Below, in pieces: positions 57,623 to 64,000 of a stretch of 64,000 nt of DNA. Position numbers and translations under genes: made by a program. The notes below the pieces were generated by a model that worked only from the letters and a program-made list of their open reading frames with translations, ran no database searches and was not told the origin of the DNA. The first letter of the stretch is position 1, and the number at the start of each line of letters is the position of its first letter. The stretch comes from Gemmatimonadota bacterium (GTDB lineage: Bacteria > Gemmatimonadota > Gemmatimonadetes > Gemmatimonadales > Gemmatimonadaceae): positions 1 to 64,000 of the forward strand of contig JAZJZK010000032.1 in the NCBI GenBank assembly GCA_040389905.1. The letters run 5' to 3'.

Positions 57623-58551
57623 CGGTCGATCTCGCACAGGACTTGAGCGAGTGGCCGCTCGCGATCCGGACACGCGGCTTGACCAAGATCTATGGCCGCT
57701 ATCGTGCGCTCAACGAACTGTCACTTCAGGTGCCGGATGGTGCGGTCTATCTGCTCGTCGGACCGAATGGCGCCGGGAAGAGCACGACGATTCGCGTCCT
57801 CCTCGATCTCATCCGCCCCGATGCCGGCACGGCCTCGGTGTTCGGCCGCAGTACCGAGCGCGACTCGGCGCTCATTCGCGCGAACATCGGGTACGTACCC
57901 GAACAACTCGACTGGGGCCATGGTTGGATGAAGGTGGGCCGGCTGCTCGCGCACCATTCCCGTTACTTCCCGACATGGGATCACCAGTACGCGAACCGGC
58001 TGTGTCACATGTTCGATCTGCGGATGTATCAGCGAATGAACACGTTGTCCAAGGGCCAGCGGCGGCGTGTGCACATTGCCATGGCGCTCGCGCATCGCCC
58101 GCCGTTGCTGTTGCTCGATGAGCCGACGGACGGGCTCGATCCCCTGATGCGTGACGACGTACTCGGAACGTTCATCGCGCACGTCGCCGATTCGCCGACG
58201 ACCGTGCTGATCTCGACGCATCACGTGTCCGAGTTCGAGCAGCTCGCGGACTACGTCGGCGTCATGCAGGGCGGCGCGCTCCGCGCACAACTGTCGATGG
58301 AGGAACTGCGCCGGAACCTCAAGCGCTATCGCGCCGACGTACCTGAGGGATGGCATGGTACCTCCGTGTTCAACGGCTCGGCCATCAGGCGGACGACGAC
58401 ACACCGTCAGATCGACTGGGTTGTGTGGGGCACGGAGAGCGAAGTAGTAGGGAGGCTGACGATGACCGGCGCCACCGTGCGCGATTGCAGTGCGCTCACA
58501 CTCAACGACGCGACGCTCGCCTTGCTGGGCGCGCGGGAGCATGTCCGATGA
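57619..58551 (+). CDS. ABC transporter ATP-binding protein (YtrB-like)
   Basis: GPNGAGKST, LSKGQ, LLLDEPTDGLDP, ISTH. Confidence 0.94.
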   Translation: MTVDLAQDLSEWPLAIRTRGLTKIYGRYRALNELSLQVPDGAVYLLVGPNGAGKSTTIRVLLDLIRPDAGTASVFGRSTERDSALIRANIGYVPEQLDWGHGWMKVGRLLAHHSRYFPTWDHQYANRLCHMFDLRMYQRMNTLSKGQRRRVHIAMALAHRPPLLLLDEPTDGLDPLMRDDVLGTFIAHVADSPTTVLISTHHVSEFEQLADYVGVMQGGALRAQLSMEELRRNLKRYRADVPEGWHGTSVFNGSAIRRTTTHRQIDWVVWGTESEVVGRLTMTGATVRDCSALTLNDATLALLGAREHVR

Positions 58552-59435
58552 CCACGCTTCAGTTGCACCCGCTTCCGAGCATGCGCGCGGTGGTCCGCGA
58601 GCAGTTCCGCGCGGTCACGCTGGTCACGAGGAAGTTTCTCGTGCTGCTCGGCGGGCTGCTCGTGGTCGCCGATGCCGTCGTCATCTACAGCGTGCTTGCG
58701 GCGAACGAGTTGGCCAGGCGCGGCTTGCCGAACCAGGGCGTGGCGATCACGCCTGGCTTCGCGCCCTTCGAGTCGTTCATCGTGGGAATCGTGGCCATTA
58801 TGCTGGCAGTCCTCATCTGGCTCGACGAGGACACCTCCCGCCGCGATTATCACTGGACGATGCCGGTGAGCCGTACGACGCATGCGCTCTCGAAGGTGTT
58901 TGTGGGGTGGGTGTTGATGATGGTGACGACGCTCGCTGCCTTGGTCAACCTGTTGATGATCGGGGCACTCAGCGTCCGCATGCAATATCCACTGGACATT
59001 GCAACCGACACGTTTCCGGTCTGGTCGTATCTGGTCCCCTTCACGACAGCGACGGTGGCGTATCTGTTTGCGTCGGCGGCAAGCGTCGGCGCTCGTCGCC
59101 CGATGGTGTGGATCATGGGAATTCCCACGGTCTATGCGGGAATCGCGGCGGCGTTTTCCTTCGGCAGCTTTGCGATGAAGAAGGATGTGCTGAAGCCGTT
59201 GACGAGTGAATACGGTCTGGCGAGTCTCGCCGGCGACCTGGTAACGCGGTCGTATGCCGGCTATCAACTGCAAACGCATTTCATGGTGGGCCGGTGGGTC
59301 GGGTCCGTCGCGATCTGGGGCACGATTGCGGCCGCGCTCCTCGTGTACGTCGCCTCGCGCCGACGGAGGAACGTGGGTACGTGGGCGTTTGCATTGCTCA
59401 ACCGGTGGGCGAGCCGGTACGTGCCCGCCGCATGA
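58548..59435 (+). CDS. ABC transporter permease-like membrane protein
   Basis: ATGA overlap with the ATPase; ~6 TMs; YHWTMPVSR..HALSK motif. Confidence 0.8.
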   Translation: MTTLQLHPLPSMRAVVREQFRAVTLVTRKFLVLLGGLLVVADAVVIYSVLAANELARRGLPNQGVAITPGFAPFESFIVGIVAIMLAVLIWLDEDTSRRDYHWTMPVSRTTHALSKVFVGWVLMMVTTLAALVNLLMIGALSVRMQYPLDIATDTFPVWSYLVPFTTATVAYLFASAASVGARRPMVWIMGIPTVYAGIAAAFSFGSFAMKKDVLKPLTSEYGLASLAGDLVTRSYAGYQLQTHFMVGRWVGSVAIWGTIAAALLVYVASRRRRNVGTWAFALLNRWASRYVPAA

Positions 59436-59487
59436 GCCAGAGCGGCAATGTCGGGTCAGACGGAACGCGCGGGGCTCTTCGCGTCGT

Positions 59488-59582
59488 TTCGATCGGTGGC
59501 TTGTTTCCACCCTGATCTGGGGCGCGACTGGCGCGTCCTGTTCGACCAGGTCGCGCGGCGTCGCGTCGAACCGTCGTCCTGA
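59488..59582 (+). pseudogene. Frameshifted relic of a second permease C-terminus
   Basis: DRWLVSTLIWGATG(A)/VLFDQVARRR aligns colinearly with GRWVGSVAIWGTIAAALLVYVASRRR of the upstream permease if one 1-nt deletion is allowed. Confidence 0.5.
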
Positions 59583-59587
59583 ACAGA

Positions 59588-59620
59588 AGGTGCGGGCCCT
59601 TCGCTGTGCTCAGGGCGACA
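59588..59620. repeat. Family B repeat
   Basis: AGGTGCGGGCCCTTCGCTGTGCTCAGGGCGACA. Confidence 0.75.
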
Positions 59621-59650
59621 AAACGAGCGGAACCGCCCAGTGCCAAGACG

Positions 59651-60007
59651 TCAGGCCGTGAACCACATGTGTCCGGCGACCGCGACCAGAAACACGGCGA
59701 ACGACTTCCTGACGATCGCAGGGTTGAGCGACAGGCCCAACCGCGCACCGAAATAGGCCCCCGCGAACAGTCCGAGGGCCAGCAACAGCGACGCAGTCGT
59801 GTCGAGGTGCCCGGACTTGTAGTACTGCCACGCGCCGAGCGCCCCGACCGGCAGGAGGAGCGCTCCGAGCGACGTGCCGGTCGCCGTGCTCTGGCTCATC
59901 TTCGCGAAGAACAACAATGACGGTATGATGACGATACCTCCTCCTATTCCGAAGAGTCCGGAAAGGAGTCCAGCGGCGAGCCCGATGAGGAGAAAGATGA
60001 TTTGCAT
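59651..60007 (-). CDS. TauE/SafE-family membrane protein, half-size
   Basis: GLAAGLLSGLFGIGGGIVIIP, ATGTSL, GAYFGARL. Confidence 0.87.
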   Translation of the reverse strand: MQIIFLLIGLAAGLLSGLFGIGGGIVIIPSLLFFAKMSQSTATGTSLGALLLPVGALGAWQYYKSGHLDTTASLLLALGLFAGAYFGARLGLSLNPAIVRKSFAVFLVAVAGHMWFTA

Positions 60008-60109
60008 GCTCGGAAGCTAGAGAGTCGATGCCCCGCCCTGCAGTCTTTTCGCACTTCCACCCCTTCGTCGCCACGGCTAGCATTCCACCTCTCCTTCACG
60101 TATCGCACC

Positions 60110-61180
60110 ATGATCAGCGCCTCATCACTCAGCTTTCTCAAGCGTCTCCTCGATGCCCCCGCACCGTCGGGCTTCGAAACGGCCGCGGCACGCGCCTGGC
60201 GCGCCGAGGCCGAGACTTTTGCGGACAAAGTATCAGTGGATGTGGCCGGCAATAGCATGGCGGAGGTCAACGCCGGCGGGTATCCGACGATCATGCTGGA
60301 TGGGCACATCGATGAAATCGGCGTGATTGTCCAGTATATCGACGACGACGGATACATCTACATCGCGCCGATTGGCGGTTGGGATCCCCAGGTGCTCGTC
60401 GGCCAACGTATCCGCTTCCTCGGCAATGACGGCGACGTCCTCGGCGTCGTCGGCAAGAAGCCGATCCACCTCATGAAGTCGGAAGATCGCGAGCACGCGA
60501 GCAAGTTCAGCGATCTGTGGGTGGATATTGGTGCCGCCAAGCGCGACGAGGCAGAGGCCAGACTCAGCGTCGGCGACCCCGGTGTCGTGGATTCACGCAC
60601 CATGGATTTTCCGAACGACCGCATCGTTTCCCGTTCAATCGACGACCGTATCGGTGCGTTCATCGTCCTCGAGGCGCTCCGGCGGTATGCCGCGCAGCCC
60701 GGCGCCGCGCGTGTGGTGGCCGCCGCGACGACTCAGGAAGAGATCGCGTGGCATGGTGGTGGCGCGCTGGTGTGCGCGCACTGCATCAACCCCCAGGTCG
60801 CGCTGGTCGTTGACGTCACCTTCGCCACCGACCATCCGAATATCGAGAAAAAGGAGATCGGCGAGCACAAGATGGGCGGCGGCCCGATCATCAGCCGCGG
60901 TGCACTCATTTCGCCCGTCGTACACCGCATCCTGCGAGAAACGGCCAAGGCGCACGACATCGCGCACGCCGTGCATGCTGTCGGCCGTGACACGTCCACC
61001 AATGCCGACGCAATTCACATCGCGCGGGAAGGCGTGGCGACCGGTCTGGTATCGATTCCGAACCGGTACATGCATTCGCCGAACGAGATGGTGTCGCTGG
61101 TCGACGTCGACAACGCAGCCACCCTGATTGCCGAGTTCTGCCGGGCGATCACGAAGGAGACGGACTTCACGGCCCGCTGA
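60110..61180 (+). CDS. M42-family metallopeptidase
   Basis: PSGFE, GHIDEIG, GGWDP, DDRIG, TQEEI, VDVT, TNADAI, RYMHSPNE. Confidence 0.93.
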   Translation: MISASSLSFLKRLLDAPAPSGFETAAARAWRAEAETFADKVSVDVAGNSMAEVNAGGYPTIMLDGHIDEIGVIVQYIDDDGYIYIAPIGGWDPQVLVGQRIRFLGNDGDVLGVVGKKPIHLMKSEDREHASKFSDLWVDIGAAKRDEAEARLSVGDPGVVDSRTMDFPNDRIVSRSIDDRIGAFIVLEALRRYAAQPGAARVVAAATTQEEIAWHGGGALVCAHCINPQVALVVDVTFATDHPNIEKKEIGEHKMGGGPIISRGALISPVVHRILRETAKAHDIAHAVHAVGRDTSTNADAIHIAREGVATGLVSIPNRYMHSPNEMVSLVDVDNAATLIAEFCRAITKETDFTAR

Positions 61181-61205
61181 TCCCTCGACTTCGCTCGGGA
61201 TGACA
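61179..61205. repeat. Short family B repeat overlapping the M42 stop codon
   Basis: GATCCCTCGACTTCGCTCGGGATGACA. Confidence 0.75.
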
Positions 61206-61222
61206 TCCGATGGCGGTGCCGA

Positions 61223-62833
61223 TCAGTCCGCGACCTGTTGCGTGAACGTCGTCGCCCTGGAAATGCGCCGGAGTCCGAGCGCGGCCGATTCACGAACGGC
61301 GGTCTCCCGGTCTTCCTGAAGGCTGCGGAGCGCGTCCATCGCTTCCTGCGTTTTCGCCTCGGCCAAGGCTCGCACGGCGGCGACTCGAAGCTCCGGAGAC
61401 TTTTTCTTGAAGATGCCTCGCTCCGGTAGCGCGCACTGAATCAACCGCTCCACGGCCTCGGGCGTCCCGATTTTTCCGAGTGCGGAAAAGAATGCCGACT
61501 GGACGACCTCATCACGCTCGGAATCGATCGCCTTGAACAGGGTCTTCGTCGCCTGCGAGTCGCGGCGCGTGGCGAGTGCGGCCGCCGCATCCATGCGCAT
61601 CTGCGGCGCACTGCTGGTGACGGCCTCCTCGATTGCGGCCGCGGCGCGCGCCGTTCCGAGCCGCATCAGCGCCCCCGTCGCCGCGCGGCGGACGCGTTCA
61701 TCCTCGTGGTGCAGCAGATGGGTCAGCGGCTCTTCAGCCTCACGCGCCTGCATCTCCCCGAGGAGTTCCGCGGCGTTGCGCACGGCATACCAGCGGGAAT
61801 CCGCGAGCATGTGAACCGCCGCGGACCGCCCGGCGTTGAGCTCGAGTAGCGTGTCGATGAAGATCCGCCGGTCTCGCTGCTCCGACGACGAGGAGAGTTG
61901 CTCGATCAATGCATCCGCACCGTCGTCGCCCGCCCGCGCAAGGACCGCGAGGTACGCGCCGCGGCGCTCCGGTTCGCGCTTGAGCTGCGCTACCACCGAC
62001 TTCATCACCGCGGGTTTCGCGAGGCGCTTGAGCGCCATGATGAACGCGCGCTTCGACTCGAACTCCACGATCGCGGGCTCACGCCGCCCGATTCCCGAGA
62101 GGATGTCCGCGACGATCCGGTCCTTGCCTTCCTTGGCCGCGTGCTCCGCGATCATTGCCAGGTCGTCGAGCAGGGTGGCAACGGAACCTGCATCGGACGC
62201 ACCCTCCAGCTGCGACAGCAGTTGCTCGGGCGATTCCGTAGGCATCCGCGTTGCCGCGAACTGGTCGAACATACCGCTGCCGCGCCGGGGCTTTTCCGGC
62301 TCGGGCGCCGCTGGCATGGCGCGCGCGGGCGTCGCCGCCCGCGCCATCGCGAGCGGTTCATCCAGCACGTCACCGAATTCCATTTCCGGCATCGGCATGC
62401 TTTCGCTCGACGCGCGAAAGGTGCTCTCGCTCGACGCACGTGGCCGGGCAGCAAAGCGAATCTTCGTGATGCCGAGCGCAAGGCGCTGCGCTTCGGCTGC
62501 GGCGCCGCCGTCGCCGGGAGTCGGCATGCTTGCGAGAATGCGGGCGACACCCAGCAACTCACCGGGTGGAGCGCTCGCCTCGATGGAGATGAGTGCGAGG
62601 CTGTGCATTGCCATCTGTGAAGCGACGTCCGCCGCGCCGGTGAGCGCGGCCGGAACGAGATGGTCGTTGGCATGAATCGCCGCGCCATGCAACGCCAGGT
62701 GGAGCTTTTCGTCCTTCGATGTGGCCACCAGGGCTCGGAGCGTCGCCTTCTGCTCATCCACGCTGGCTGGCTCGTGCATCAGCAGCCAGACCAGATACGA
62801 CAGGTGGCGCGCGACAATGACTGATTGATTCAT
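61223..62833 (-). CDS. HEAT-repeat protein
   Basis: DSRWYAVRNAAELLG, EDERVRRAATGAL, PELRVAAVRAL, ETAVRESAA. Confidence 0.85.
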   Translation of the reverse strand: MNQSVIVARHLSYLVWLLMHEPASVDEQKATLRALVATSKDEKLHLALHGAAIHANDHLVPAALTGAADVASQMAMHSLALISIEASAPPGELLGVARILASMPTPGDGGAAAEAQRLALGITKIRFAARPRASSESTFRASSESMPMPEMEFGDVLDEPLAMARAATPARAMPAAPEPEKPRRGSGMFDQFAATRMPTESPEQLLSQLEGASDAGSVATLLDDLAMIAEHAAKEGKDRIVADILSGIGRREPAIVEFESKRAFIMALKRLAKPAVMKSVVAQLKREPERRGAYLAVLARAGDDGADALIEQLSSSSEQRDRRIFIDTLLELNAGRSAAVHMLADSRWYAVRNAAELLGEMQAREAEEPLTHLLHHEDERVRRAATGALMRLGTARAAAAIEEAVTSSAPQMRMDAAAALATRRDSQATKTLFKAIDSERDEVVQSAFFSALGKIGTPEAVERLIQCALPERGIFKKKSPELRVAAVRALAEAKTQEAMDALRSLQEDRETAVRESAALGLRRISRATTFTQQVAD

Positions 62834-62939
62834 GATTCCGTGTGCCGCGCGCGGTGCACGAGCTGAGGGGAGGCATGAAAGCTAACGCGCCACGAGGGGG
62901 CCTTGCTACCTTCACCGCGCCTGTCTTTTAGATTCGGAG

Positions 62940-64000
62940 ATGCCCTCCTCGTACAAATCGCGTGAAGTCGCCCGCGTGCTCGCAGTTATGGTTCTGTTCG
63001 CCGTCCCGTCGCGCTCCGCAGGCGCGTCAATGCCTCAGGAACCGGACGCAAAGCGCATTCAGCGCGACGTCGCGTATCTGGCCGATGACCGCCTCGAGGG
63101 GCGCGCGGCGGGCACCGCGGGCAACGACAGTGCGGCCGCGTACATCGCTCGGCGCTTCGGTTCCCTGGGTCTCCGGCCGGTGGGCGTCGACACGGCGCGT
63201 GCGGTGTGCCGGGGCGTTCCGGCCCCCGCGTCGTGCCGGAGCTTTCTCCAGCGCTTTCAGGCGCGTGGCGTCGAGATGGCGCACGCTGGGAAGCCGGAAG
63301 GCGTCCCCACACAGAACGTCGCGGCGATGATTCCGGGGCGTGATCCCGTGCTCCGCGGGCAATACGTCGTGATCGGCGCACATTTCGATCACCTCGGACA
63401 CTCGTCCGCGAGCGCGCTCGATCCGGAGGCCAAGGACGCGATTCGGAATGGAGCCGACGACAACGCATCCGGTACCGCCGCGGTCATGGAGTTGGCTCGG
63501 CTGTTCGCCGCGCATCCCGCGAAACGATCGATCATCGTAACGACGTTCAGCGGTGAGGAGGTTGGGCTCCTGGGCTCGCAGTGGTTCGTCGAGCACGCCC
63601 CGGTGGCGATCGACAGCATCGCGGCGATGGTCAATTTCGACATGGTGGGGCGCCTCAGAAACGACAAGTTGATCGTGTACGGCGCCGCCACGGCGACGGA
63701 GATGCGCTCGATCATCGACAGCGCCAATCTCGCGACCAAGCTCTCGGTGAGCGCGGTCGGCGATGGATTCGGCCCCTCGGACCACAGTTCGTTCTACGCC
63801 AAGGGCATCCCAGTGCTGCATTTCTTCACCGATTTGCACGACGACTACCACAAGGCGACCGACGATATCGAGAAGATCAATGCAGCCGGCGAGGCGCGCG
63901 TCGTGGCGATGGCAGAGAAGGCCGTGCGGCTGATCGCTGACCGGCCGTCGCGATTGACATTCGTGCGCGTCGCTGCTCCTGTTGCCTCATCGAGTCGCGA
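62940..64000 (+). CDS. Secreted M28-family peptidase, running off the window end; absent from the ORF track
   Basis: Translation from ATG 62940 gives YLADDRLEGR, GAHFDHLG, NGADDNASG, FSGEELGLLGS, NFDMVGR, PSDH, DYHKATDD. Confidence 0.92.
   Translation, partial: MPSSYKSREVARVLAVMVLFAVPSRSAGASMPQEPDAKRIQRDVAYLADDRLEGRAAGTAGNDSAAAYIARRFGSLGLRPVGVDTARAVCRGVPAPASCRSFLQRFQARGVEMAHAGKPEGVPTQNVAAMIPGRDPVLRGQYVVIGAHFDHLGHSSASALDPEAKDAIRNGADDNASGTAAVMELARLFAAHPAKRSIIVTTFSGEEVGLLGSQWFVEHAPVAIDSIAAMVNFDMVGRLRNDKLIVYGAATATEMRSIIDSANLATKLSVSAVGDGFGPSDHSSFYAKGIPVLHFFTDLHDDYHKATDDIEKINAAGEARVVAMAEKAVRLIADRPSRLTFVRVAAPVASSSR

Noticed and set aside
1..64000. tRNA, rRNA, integrase or prophage genes
   Set aside because: No cloverleaf or rRNA-like segments and no recombinase or phage motifs were seen by eye; tRNAscan/Infernal would be needed to exclude them formally

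Overview
GC-rich bacterial chromosomal segment. The gene mix (SusC/SusD pair, several CarboxypepD_reg/TonB-plug-like secreted proteins, many exported peptidases) suggests Gemmatimonadota, but that is inference. The window opens on the end of an IS21-like element. It then holds a hybrid histidine kinase and a metH-yitJ methionine operon preceded by a SAM-II-like riboswitch plus intrinsic terminator. Next come a tricorn-like S41 protease, a SusC/SusD locus surrounded by barrel-less plug-domain proteins, GntR, a clan AA protease, an acyl-CoA dehydrogenase, a BlaI/BlaR1 pair whose sensor ends in plug-like domains, an aquaporin, an AAA+/DUF4143 ATPase and a ChaN-like lipoprotein behind a Fur-box-like palindrome. 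The rest contains M1/M24/M61/M42/M28 peptidases, a GT-C/GT-C/GT2-methyltransferase glycosylation cluster, beta-oxidation genes and a YtrA-type GntR-ABC operon. Intergenic spaces carry three families of REP-like palindromes, some nested, and three unannotated gene relics (PemK/MazF, HATPase, ABC permease). No rRNA, tRNA or CRISPR array was seen. All family calls come from motif recognition by eye; no database searches were run.
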